A stretch of 64,000 nucleotides of DNA from Stylophora pistillata. Lineage: Eukaryota. The stretch covers positions 740,010 through 804,009 of the forward strand of contig NW_019217789.1 in NCBI RefSeq assembly GCF_002571385.2. Direction: 5' to 3'. A model generated the notes under the pieces. That model was not told where the DNA came from. It worked only from the letters and a program-made list of their open reading frames with translations, and did not search any database. A program made the position numbers and the translations under genes. Position 1 is the first letter of the stretch, and each line of letters opens with the position of its first letter. This document shows, one piece after another, positions 24,076-35,706 of this stretch.

Positions 24076-27000
24076 GTGAGTGTATTACATCATTTTAGCA
24101 AAATTGCTGCAAAGCCTTCAGTTTTTTCGCCAAAATATTTACCGAGAAATTTACATTTAAAGATAGGTTTAGGGACTTTTTCTGATTTTCTTATTTGTAA
24201 TACTCGTGGAGATACAGATGCGGTTGGTAAAATATCTTTTTTTTCTCCGTAGCAATATCCGTTCATGACATGCCCGCCTAAATTAAAATCAACAGAATCT
24301 TATTCCTTTCAAAGTAAAGATAAATTGAATAACAATAAATGACGAAAGTGTATTTCACCACAAGCTCTAGCCTATAGAACTTTTGTTTCCAAGTTTTATT
24401 TCATTCACTTAGCAATCCAATCAAATTCTTTTTATTTCTTCACTTCGAAGCTTACGTAGGCAAAATCTACACCTTTAGCCGACACGCCATCGACGCTACA
24501 TGAAAAGAATTGCATAGTACTCCCACTATCGACTGAAATCATTGAGAGATTTTGGCTCAATGTCCTTATCAATTAAAACACTTCTATGCCCGTAAATCAT
24601 TTTATATTATTATAATTTTTTTATCGTTTTCCTTTTCACTTGCTAACTCCAATCTTGTCTGCATCCGAAAAAGATATAGAAATGACTTAATTCCAACTTC
24701 ATCATTTCATTTCTGTGAAAATGATGGACATAGAGGGAGCTAAATTGGACAAAGTCTGGAAAATTCCACAAATTATTCTATTTACTCATATGATTCGGTT
24801 TCATTTTCTTTTGTTCGAGTATTTAAAGTCCTATTGATAGTTCTGCTTGTTGAAAAATGGCCAGTATTATGTCAGTCATATCTCTGTGTCTCTGTACTCT
24901 CTAATTGACCAGCTGTCGAGCGAGTTTGAGTTTGAATGATAAATACCTTAAGCGAAGGTTTGAACTAAATTTGCCTAATTTGTTTTCCGTATTTGAATTT
25001 TAAAAGATTCAATATTTTTTTTTTGCCTTTTCGGTTTTGATTCTTTATTAAGCAAAGTTCCAATTATTAAACCATTTAAATGCTGATTATTCTCTCACAA
25101 AAAGCCATCTTTGCAAATTTCTTCGGCTCCAGTCGTCTCCAATCCCTGATAGTAAAATAACTGTGATGACTGCGACTGGCGTTCTCTTCGTCTCCCATGG
25201 TCTACTAATGTAGATATCAGGCCTGATTCAAGCGCAAAAAAAACTTTCATAGGGACAGCTAAGAGACTTCCTATATTTGTCTTACATTTTTCGTTGGGAT
25301 GGTGTCAGTTTTCGAGAACGAACATTTTTTTTTAAAATGAGCTTCCCCTTTACGGTTACAAGTTCCGGTACGTGATGTTGGAACAAATTAATTTAAACTA
25401 GAACGTGCCTCTTGGAATCGATTTCGGTCCAAAAAAATAATACGTCTCTGAGTTGGCAGTTAGTTTGATGATGAAGCATTCTATCCAAATAACAGTTTGC
25501 CTATTAAAGTTTTATCTTTGAAGAAAGTAAAGAGATTTGGGTAAAATTGGACAAAATATGGTGATATTATGCCAAATTTATTCAGGTATAAATAAATCTA
25601 TCTAGAACATACGAGAAAAGGTTAAGTAGGGATTTCCGTCAGTAAAGTGAAATGCTGGCGTCTGATAGCCTTCTATCAAGATAAATACATTCATTTGTTC
25701 CGAGAAAGTCAAATAAATTGTATTTTTTTTTTGCGGCTCTTTTCATTTCTGAGATCATTGACGGATTACTTCACTAAATTGAATAAATGGACGGCAAAAA
25801 GGTACAGCACCTGTCTAAATAAGTCTTTCTTCACATCAAAACACTTTTTAGAACCACTCTTACATTGGTCTTAGACAATTATTTAGCTATCTCGGTGGAA
25901 CCTGACAAATATGACTAGTTACTGCCATAACCAGGGAAGAAGCAAGGCATTGAGAATTACTTTCAAAATAAAATTTGTAACAACGGTATCCATTACGATT
26001 CCTTTAGTCTGTTAAATTAAAGTCGGTAAAGGTGCTTGCAAATTCTATATCTTAAATCAGTCATACCCAATTGGCGTCTGGAAGAACAGAGACAGCATTC
26101 AAAAGCTTTATGAGAGAAATAATGAATGGATACCATGAATAGTCAGTGGGTCTAGGCATCACTTACGATTGACNTCACCTGTTCAGCATGTTTCCTGTAT
26201 TTCAACATCAGCAATCGAAGGAACAGGTACCAACGTCCTCTGCAAGTTACCAACATAGAATAATGTAATGCAAGGGAAGGAAACTGTAGGGGTCCATAGA
26301 GATTAACGCGCTGAAAATCAGATGGTTCAAGCCAAAGACGGCTTATTGTCTTGTCTTGAGCAAGACTATTTACTCTTAAAATGCTTCTTCACACCCTAAG
26401 CAACAGTGGGTGAATTACTAAGGGTTAGCCGTAGTGGACTAATGAGCAGAGGACACCGCGACGAAGCCCAGTACCAAAAGGGTATTAGGTTCCTGAGAAG
26501 TATCCCTTCTTAAAGGAAATGTATCCAGACAAATTTAAGATAACCTTAAAAAAATTATGGAAGGCTCTGATTCAATGACGAATGCATTTTTAATTAATCT
26601 ACTGAGTTGACATTGTCATAATTTAGTTTCTGAGAATGCTTGTTGATTTAGTTTCTCAGAGTACTTGTTGATTAAGTTTCTGAGAGTTCTCGTTGGAGTT
26701 AAGAAACGTTTTGGTAACATGTTAGTTGATACAAAGCTTATATTGCCGTTTGACCAAAGTGTTTGTCGAGCTTGGGAGCCATGCGACTCGTTCTGAATGT
26801 TCATCGACACAACGATAACACTACAATGGATAGAAGTTTTCCAAAAGTAATGCTTCACCAAACGATGAAAACGGATTTAGAAATTACTGCTTAGGAAACC
26901 CGTGTACATTTACAATAAAAATAATAGGTCATTTTATTTTACTTAAAGGAGTTAGATTAAGAAGGGAAGAAAACAAGCGTATCCGTTAAATACTTGCATC

Positions 27001-30000
27001 CCTTCAACGTGCACTATTTCTTCAATCTTTTAAAGCTATACCCTTAAATTAAATATTTCTCTATCCTGAAAGGTCACCTTCCTTTTATTTGGGGTGGGGG
27101 GCATACCTCAAATTTCATGTTTTTGAAAGTTCCCCATCACATTTCAAACGAGACTTTCTTTTTCCTTAAAGAGCACCTTCGTGCCTACTTATCACCCAAA
27201 GAAACATGATATCGTGGAGAGAGAAAACCTTTATTGATTCGTTTTGTCCCTTAACACGCCTCTCGTTTGCCATATTTTGACGAGCATCAATAGAGGCAGT
27301 TGCATTGCTGGAGACAATTACCCTGTGTATTTCCCAATTTTTTTTTATAGAATTATCAAGATGTCGTCGCCGAAGCTCAATAACATAATAATCTTGGGGT
27401 GCATACTTTGTTACGCCTCAGTCGTTCTTCTTGGATTAGATGCGCGGTTTCTCCATATTGGACATTACGGGTACATTTGCAACGTAAGCTAACCTTCTAC
27501 TGTATTTAATAGTGGGTTATTCAAATATTACGATATCCTTTTGTGTTGTTGATATTTCTAAAAGGGTTTTTACACTGGAAAGAGAGGGAAGGACGTTAGC
27601 AGATAAATTAATAAATGGACTTAGACTTAAGTCACGAGACGTAGAAACATAACTCTGCGACAGTTATACAGCATAAAGTACATGTTGTATTTCCCATGTG
27701 TGCAGGCTCGCATCTACTGCAAGGCTAGTGGTTATTCAAATTTTTTAGGAGTTTATTGTTTAGTTTAGTTTGATTTTAGTTGTATTACAATATATTACAA
27801 TATATTACAATATTACAAAATAAAAAAAAAATATGCACTGTCCGCAGTTAGCAAAGGCTAGTCGAGGCGGGCAGTGTTAATGCGTATATTATAAAATAAA
27901 AAGATTTACAGAGCAAGAGATTCAAAATTCTAGACAAATTACAACTACATTAATACAATTAAGATACGGCAAGAGAACAGAACAATCTGGGGTCTTATAG
28001 TTGTGCTATCAAAGTAGACAAATTAAAATAATCGTCTTGTTTTTCGAGTCTCTGGAGGAGGAAATCATGAATTTTACTATTAAAATTGTGTTTTGATCGT
28101 TGGAGCACTTCACAGGACAAGCTATTCCAGATTCTAACACCATTTCTTGATAATGCCCTTTTTATCACGAAACCCGCGTATCTCCACTAAAACATGACCG
28201 AAGCTCTGCGTGCCGTCGCGCTAGTTTGCTGACGAGACTGACGGGAGATAAAAATAATAACTGCTAATGTGGGATAACGACCGCAGAGCTTGGAGATCAA
28301 CGGTAACAAACCTAATAGAATAAACCTAATAGAACCGTAACGATGCAAGCCCATGACTTACCAACGTTACGTTCCACATGAAAACGATAAAGCTGTGTAA
28401 ATAAGATAAGCGAGTAACATACTAACGATGAAAGCAGTCTGGAAAGCGTATCATTATCCAGATTGAGGAAAAAGTACAGACAATGTAACCGAATAAAATG
28501 TCTGTAGTCGTTAAGCAGTCGAGAATGAACCGACAGCCCAATGCCTGACTCGATTCATCCCGGACGCAATCTAGTATTAAATGTCAGCTTGTCGAGCATG
28601 AAAGGACAAATTATTCTAAAAAGAAGAGGAGAACAAAAACTAGCATACTAGGAATTGACAGCCGTAATATTGATAAACTATGCTAAGGCGAATGCACCAC
28701 AGGCAAGACAAGCGGCCCCTATGCGGAAACTATGACTTTTATTTCGAGAAGGGTCGAGTCCACAACAGGTTAAGCAACGGCGTAACTCAGAATTGAAATG
28801 GATGATACTAACAGTGCTCCCATCAGGAGAGCAGAAAAGTGGCCCGGGCTGATTGCCTCGTAAGGCTGTTATGAGCTNNNNNNNNNNNNNNNNNNNNNNN
28901 NNNNNNNNNNNNNNNNNNNNNNNNNNNNNNNNNNNNNNNNNNNNNNNNNNNNNNNNNNNNNNNNNNNNNNNNNNNNNNNNNNNNNNNNNNNNNNNNNNNN
29001 NNNNNNNNNNNNNNNNNNNNNNNNNNNNNNNNNNNNNNNNNNNNNNNNNNNNNNNNNNNNNNNNNNNNNNNNNNNNNNNNNNNNNNNNNNNNNNNNNNNN
29101 NNNNNNNNNNNNNNNNNNNNNNNNNNNNNNNNNNNNNNNNNNNNNNNNNNNNNNNNNNNNNNNNNNNNNNNNNNNNNNNNNNNNNNNNNNNNNNNNNNNN
29201 NNNNNNNNNNNNNNNNNNNNNNNNNNNNNNNNNNNNNNNNNNNNNNNNNNNNNNNNNNNNNNNNNNNNNNNNNNNNNNNNNNNNNNNNNNNNNNNNNNNN
29301 NNNNNNNNNNNNNNNNNNNNNNNNNNNNNNNNNNNNNNNNNNNNNNNNNNNNNNNNNNNNNNNNNNNNNNNNNNNNNNNNNNNNNNNNNNNNNNNNNNNN
29401 CGCGGCCGGGGACAGCAACTGAGCATGTAAAATTCAAAAGCCCTAGTAAGGACTGAAGTTCTTGAAGCGTTACTTTACGCCTCGTATAAAAGGGATGCAA
29501 TAGCAGCTGACATTTTCGAAGCTTATCGTCCGGTAACCTAGCTTCCTGTCGCACCGAAGCTGGAGTGATACCAGCGAACTGTAATGTGTTGAATGACCGG
29601 ACTGTTTTCTCCTGTGCTATTAGAACCCCGAGATAACTACACATCCGAAGAAAATTGCCAAGATCGGATTGACATTTGTCCCTTGTAGGGGCAATAAATA
29701 GAAAATCATCCAAAATGTGAACAACACCGGAAGCATTAAACAAATGTTTTGATAGCCACTCAAGAGCTGAACTGAAAGCTTCCAAAATCGCACAGCTGGA
29801 ACTACATCCCATTGGCAAAGCGCGATCATAGTAATACTGATTAGCCCATTTCATACCCAATAGAGGATGATCCTTGGGATGAACCGGGATTATGCGAAAT
29901 GTGGATTTAATATCGGTCTTAGCCATAAAACAGCCAGCTCCTAACTTTTTAATGACAGATATGGCATCGCTAATAGACGCATAGCGAACTGAAGAGAATT

Positions 30001-33000
30001 TTTCAGGAATGTGATCGTTAACGGATGAACCCTTAGGATACGACAGATGATGAATTAAACGAAATTCAGGGGGATCCTTTTTGGGAACGATGCCCAAAGA
30101 GGAACAGCGAAAATTCGAAAAAGGAGGTGAAGGAAACGGGCCGGCTATTCTGTCTGCTGCGAGCTCCTTGTCTAGTTTAGCTGTAACAATGTGGGGTTGT
30201 TCTGGCGCGCTCTTCAAATTTGGGGATTCGAACGGCCGCCTTTCCCCCATAAACTTAATTCGAAAATCAAAAGAAAAGCCATCAACCAAAAATTGCTTCA
30301 TAGCCGGGGTATAACCGTGCAAAAGAAAATCAAGCCTGTTCACCCTTACAGGGTGACCGGACTGCTGAGCAGGGGGATGGGCTAGTTTGGCTCCGGGGTG
30401 AGAAGGGGGGGGCGCGTTGCAAACTAGGAGATGAACATTCACTTGAGGAATGGGGTGAGTCACATTTGAAACAAACGTGGTCGAAGTGGCACAAAATCTC
30501 CCGGCGTGAAATGCCCAACACGTTCCCTTCAGAAACGACTGGCGGTTCCGAAGGCGCGTGGAGGCCTTATCAGAAGAGACCTGGGGTCGAGCACGAAAAT
30601 TTGTCACTGCCCTTAACCATAGTTCCCAATGAATAGTATCCCAGGGGTATTGGTCGGAAGCTGACCGTCTTACGTAACGAAACTGTTCGTCATAAAATGA
30701 CCAGTCGCCAGGTTTAGACGCAACGTCCCTCACGACCTCACGGTATTTCATCAGCTTAGGAGCCTCCAGAGGATATTTCTTCACATAAATGGCGACAAAA
30801 GTATTAAAAGCTGATAACCACTGATTGAGGTTATGAATCCTCTTAAGTGGCTGGCTAGGTTCTAGTGTCAATTGGGACTGATTAGACAACGTACTTGAGG
30901 GCGTTCAGGACAGAGAATAACGATCGATAGTAGGGGACAATGAAAGTAACCCGCCAAAATCAACATATTCATTACCCCAGATTTTTGCTTTAATTTTTGG
31001 GTTGACTCTAGAGCCGAGAGCTATGGCTCTGCTTGGGAAAGGCTGCCGAGGGGAGCTCTGAGGCTCTGTACCTTGAGTGATAGCTGTGATTTCCCCTTGA
31101 ATGGCCCTGCTGGAGGAACGCTCCTCATCACTTTCAACGGGAAGAATTAAAGATGCTCTGGAGTCTTGATCAAGGCTGTGGGTCCCTCCGGTTCCCAACG
31201 CTTGTTGTATCGCCTGTGAAATGGTCGTCGTGATGGAGGTGGACAGAGCTCGCAGATCAATGGAGATCAAGTTCTGGTTGTGGTCATTGCTTCGAGTCTG
31301 AGCGGCAACAGCCACGTCTGGAGAAACCTCAGGAAGATCGGAACCTCGCGTGCGTTTCGTTCGTCTTTGCGTCTTGGACTCACCGGAATGTGCACGCTTC
31401 GTCCTTTGCGTGTTGGACTGATCGGAATGTGCACGCTTCTTCCTTTGCGCGTTGGACTGATCGTAATGTGCGCGCTTCCTGGGTGGCATGGCTTATCAAT
31501 AAAATTTCTTTGATCAGAAACGAGATTACGGTAAAATAAAGATTAACATTGAATCGCAAAGGGGCAGCACTGGAAATAATGCACTCCGTAGCGACGGGAA
31601 TGAACTTAAAAATCACTGAAATAGCGCCAGACGTAATATCATGCCTAAAGTAAAGGCGGAATACCGAGTGCAAAGGATACACCCAGAAACTGAACGGTCG
31701 GAAAGGATTGTACACTCTAGTGGTAACAGCCAATACCTAACTTTGGAGCCGGAGCCAGTAAAATAGTTATACGTGTGCAGCCAGAAGGTGTACATACGTT
31801 TCGTACGTAGTAACGACAGTATAATAAGTCGTGTAATCAAACAGCTTTGTAGCTGAGTCATACGTAGCCGTGCCTAATAAGGACAATGGCTTACGGTAAA
31901 TATATAAGGCTGAGACAAACAATAGGTGAATGTGATAGTAAAGCATCGAAGGCTCGGCATAGGGCACAAATTAGAGCTGGCAAAAACATGTGAAAAAGAA
32001 TGCAATCTTAACAGACTCCTTCCAGAGATGGAGAAAGTGGTGAAAGGAGCATCGATCGCAGAACTGCCCCTCTGAGACTACGATACAGCTTATGCAGACC
32101 CCTAGAGTTCAAATGAACGCCATCGGGTGTATAAAATTGTCTTTCGCCTTCCAAAACCCTCAATGGCCCCAGAATATGGCATATGATATAGAGTCTAACA
32201 CAACCCTTAGGTATCGTGTTAACATGCCGACCTTTGTGTTAAAAGCCTCAGCTGAGTTTCGGCGAACGGTCTGGCACACGAACACCAACTTCACCCCGTA
32301 TGACTCGTGTAAGAAATGGACAAATTCTTCGAGAGCTGAACCAACATTCAATGCCGAGAGAGTAACGAGGTCAATACTGCCTAGTTGGAGAATAACGATA
32401 CTAGGGCGAAAGGAATGGAGGACAAGTTTGTCGAGTTTTAACGTCTTTTCGAATGTTCTACCCCCAACGCCATGCCAACGTATTAGCGCTTGCGACGAGA
32501 TCTGAAAGTCAAGATCAAAATCGTCGGGATTATTCGTAATGAACTGCTTCAAACGTTTAATAAAGGAATGTCCAAGAATCAGCACACGTGGGGTGGAGTT
32601 AGGCATACCCCAACTATTGGCCGAAAAACCTGCACAGCTGAGGTCAAACGTTAAAAAAGAACCAAAAATAGAATAGAAAAACGAAGGGAAGAAGAAAATT
32701 AGACTTGCCTGAGAAAATTCTTCTACAGCACCGAAAATCTCTGTTTGGATGATAACACGATGGAAATGAAGGCGAGAAGGACCAGGAGAGAAACTGACCT
32801 TGCCCATAACCTTGGTGCTATTTGATCTGACCTCATTTGACCTTGCCCCATGCAAAGGCACACCAAAATACTTAACTCTATATGACGGGCCTCGAAATAA
32901 AATCACATTACGCTTTTGCGATAATGTTGGCCTTTTGGTATATCTAATCTTGAACTTTCATCAAAATAGTCGCCTCTTGAAGATGATCTTGTCTTATGGG

Positions 33001-35706
33001 GATGAATATTAGCTTCATAAGTGAATAAGTTAGGTACGTTAGAAGGTGACAAATTATTGGATATGTCATGCTTCATGATGGCAACTGATTTAAAGTAAAG
33101 CATATCCAAAGGGAGAAAACGAGGAGAAACAAAAAACGGGAGATTGCATGAGATCTGTAGTCACCAAAGTACATTAAGCGAAGGGCTCGTTTTTGAAGGA
33201 TTAGAATTTTATCTCTATGAATTTTTCCAGCTTGACCCCACGCGACTATACCATACAACAAAAAGGGGTGGATAAGTGACCTGTAAATGCGGTTTAGAGT
33301 ACTTTGGGGTACAAAGTGTCTTAATCTAGAGATAATGCCGATTGATTCACTTATTTTGGATGCAATATGAGCAATATGGTGACCCCATGAAAAAGTTTCA
33401 TCAATAAGCACTCCTAAGTATTTAATAAATTCCTTACGTTCTAGGGAAATATAACTGTTAGTATGAAGGTCAGAGATTCTCAAATTTATTTGGTGATTCA
33501 GTATTTTCTGTCTAGGCCGAGACATAACAAAGTTAGATTTTTTTATATTCAGTGATAACTTGTTAGCGATTAACCAATCGTAGATGTTACAGAGTTCAGC
33601 ATTCACTATGGTTTCGAGTGACTTAAGATTTTTATTAGCATATAAGAGATTAGTATCATCTGCGAATAAGTAATATTTAAATCAATTAGAGCTATTAGAT
33701 ATATCATATATGTAAATGAGGAAAAGTAGGAGTCCTTACACCGACCCCTGTGGAACTCCTGATAAGAGTTTAAAGATTTAAAAGATCTAGCCGGCTACTT
33801 TGCAAATAGTTGATTACTGAGGAATGCATCTTTAAATTACACCCCAAAAAAAGAAAATAAAAGAGTATACCTATCTCGTCGATTCTTCTACCGGACCAAA
33901 ATTGATCCAGTCTCAGCTGTTTAACTTTTTTCTAAAAAAATAAAAAAATCTTCTCGTACCAACAGGCACGAACCACAGTGCTGTCCTTCGGTTTTTCGTT
34001 ATCATTTGGTGCCATGTTCAGCAAGACTTGGCGAGTTCACAAGATTTTCACAGCGGCTAAGACTCTCAAGAAAATGGTGAGATTTATTGCGATAATTATA
34101 TTTCAGGGAGACACCTGAAAAATACGCCTCATCAAAAGTTTTAAGTATAAGTTAGTTTAACGAGCGACTCGAAAAAGAAGTCACCAATTCGTTCCTTCAA
34201 CGAAATAATAAATATAATTGTAATCATCGATTGTGAACAGTTCAAATCTAAAATATAGTTCTCCTCTCACAGGCAATAAGGGATTTTCACTTGCTCGCTA
34301 TTGTAGCCGGTTTATTGCTGGTGGACTTTGTCTTCCTATCCACATGGATAGCAATTGATCCTCTTGAGACCGAAAAATTGCGATTCGAAGAGCTGGTAAG
34401 TAAAGAGAAAACAGTCACATCTATGTCAACGCAATGAATGGTACTGCTCCTGTATAAACGCACTCGGCTAATCTTAAAGGTAATTTTCCTCTTTCCTTTT
34501 TTCTGTTTCTTTCCTTTTTGGCCCTATATTTCTATGCATACCCATGAGTCTGGTGCGTTTGACCATCTTTTTACGGTCGATTCCCACCTAATGTTTGTAA
34601 TAGAAACTCTGATATGGAAGGGTCATTGTGTCCATAGACCAACTAGCACCTAAAAAGACCTGGGTAACAACTTGTGCGACTTGAAAACTTTGGCACTATT
34701 CTTCAATCTCGGTATTCATCATCCTGTATATCTCCATTTCGCTAGCTATCCTTGTTTCTTCTTAACGTATCATTGCATCTCCGATGTGTTTCAATCTCGC
34801 CTAACAGATACCTGCCGCTCTTTTTTCGAGTTGAAGACAACCGCACAGTCTCTAATTTAAAATTTTTAACCTCGCCGTAAAAAGATCACCTATATACAGT
34901 GATCGAGATATCTTCGACAAACAAGAGATTTCTTATGTCCTTTTGTGTTTTTCTACTAATAGACTAAAAAAGAACAAGACGTCATCATTATCCCTGCGTT
35001 ATTCCAATGCACCTGTAGATACAAGACATATTTTCTAGGGGTTTTGTTCAGCTATAAAGGAATTCTCCTTCTGTTTGGGCTTTTCCTGGCTTGGGAAACA
35101 CGTAATGTTACCATCCCTGCTCTGAACGATTCCCGATACATTGGAATGTCGGTTTATAACGTGGTGGTGCTGTCCATCATTGGGGCTATTGTGGCCATTG
35201 CCTTGGATGGCTCCATGTACTATAAAGCACCTTACGCCATCTCATCGCTGTGTTTGATCGTGTGTACCACTGCGACGCTGTTACTTGTTTTTGTCCCAAA
35301 AGTAAGTTGGAAGATTTTTCCATTCCAAATACTCATGTGGACCTGTCACGCACAGGGAAAAAAGACAAATAAATTTACGACATGGGTCATTCTTAAACTT
35401 GTCAAATCGATTTAACAGTTGTAAAGAGAAAGATCTGTATCGCTGTGTGACACTTGAGATCTCTTCATATTTTGCCTTTAGATTTATCAATTTCTCACAA
35501 AGGATGATTCGTTGACAAATCAAGCCTCGAGTATGCATATTGGTCAAACTAGAAAAGGAGCCACTAGTAACAGCTTTAACTGTGGTGGTAGTCCCGTTCT
35601 GAGGGAGCGTAACACCTCATTCGCGTGTAAAGGAACACAAACACACTGTAATGTTCCTGGAAGTGCAGGTACATTGAAAAATGATGTTTTCTTTCTGAAA
35701 TGGTAA
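23635..35706 (+). CDS. GABA-B receptor-like class C GPCR, copy 1 (incomplete in this assembly)
   Basis: Exons 23635-24075, partial 26175-26226, 27351-27483, 33966-34076, 34273-34395, 34963-35301, 35482-35706, with GT-AG ends. Motifs IKMSSPKLNNIIILG, FGAMFSKTWRVH, LAWETRNVTIPALNDSRYIGMSVYN. Exons 2-9 are absent across the N at 26174. Confidence 0.85.
27351..27483 (+). CDS. GABA-B-like copy 1 TM2 exon
   Basis: IIKMSSPKLNNIIILGCILCY; AG/GT bounded. Confidence 0.9.
28678..28877 (-). pseudogene. Tyrosine recombinase C-terminal fragment
   Basis: RGNQPGPLF...SHSFRIGAA (HxxR box); the expected GRW-S...Y segment is missing. Confidence 0.88.
29401..30360 (-). pseudogene. DIRS-type reverse transcriptase
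   Basis: LGIVPKK..EFRLIHHLSYP, AKTDIKSTFRIIP, LPMGCSSSC, HILDDFLF, LQSLLGLLNF; runs into the N gap. Confidence 0.93.
30330..31489 (-). pseudogene. YR-retroelement gag-like ORF
   Basis: KIWGNEYVDF, QWLSAF, WSFYDEQFR, CWAFH...HVCFKCDSPH. In-frame TGA at 30905-30907 and a frameshift near 30495. Confidence 0.85.
32008..32606 (-). pseudogene. SGNH/GDSL-like hydrolase ORF of the YR element
   Basis: RVLILGHSF, WHGVGG, LQLGSIDL and, after a stop and frameshift, DGVHLNSRG..KLYRSLRGAV. Confidence 0.85.
33966..34076 (+). CDS. GABA-B-like copy 1 TM3 exon
   Basis: ARTTVLSFGFSLSFGAMFSKTWRVHKIF. Confidence 0.9.
34273..34395 (+). CDS. GABA-B-like copy 1 TM4 exon
   Basis: AIRDFHLLAIVAGLLLVDFVFLSTWIAIDPL. 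Confidence 0.9.
34963..35301 (+). CDS. GABA-B-like copy 1 TM5-7 exon
   Basis: YKGILLLFGLFLAWETRNV...LLLVFVPK. Confidence 0.92.
35482..35706 (+). CDS. GABA-B-like copy 1 C-terminal exon
   Basis: Acceptor TTTAG, open frame to TAA; the true 3' end is uncertain. Confidence 0.65.
   Translation: MYQFLTKDDSLTNQASSMHIGQTRKGATSNSFNCGGSPVLRERNTSFACKGTQTHCNVPGSAGTLKNDVFFLKW

Larger units (their letters stand above)
28164..32936 (-). mobile_element. Tyrosine-recombinase retrotransposon (DIRS order, Ngaro/PAT-like) with SGNH hydrolase
   Basis: Order on the minus strand: hydrolase, gag, RT, [N gap], YR. The interrupted LINE frame rejoins on removal; CCTTTT occurs at both junctions. Confidence 0.92.
27746..33778 (-). 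mobile_element. 5'-truncated LINE (L2/Crack-like) in a copy 1 intron, split by a YR retroelement
   Basis: Absent at the matching copy 2 site (~57645). RT remnants GVPQGSV, YLFADDTNLLY, WLIANKLSLNIKKS, KYLGVLID (32937-33760) continue as KRALSRNGVRIWNSL below 28163; (CTAAA)n-like tail near 27750-27780. Confidence 0.9.

Noticed and set aside
28224-28260. Hammerhead from CTGACGAG
   Set aside because: No stem II followed by GAAA.
28823-30889. 688-aa ORF as a natural gag-pol fusion
   Set aside because: The gag zinc finger continues in another frame (30330-30521), so the fusion comes from a small deletion; the ORF is also extended artificially by Ns.
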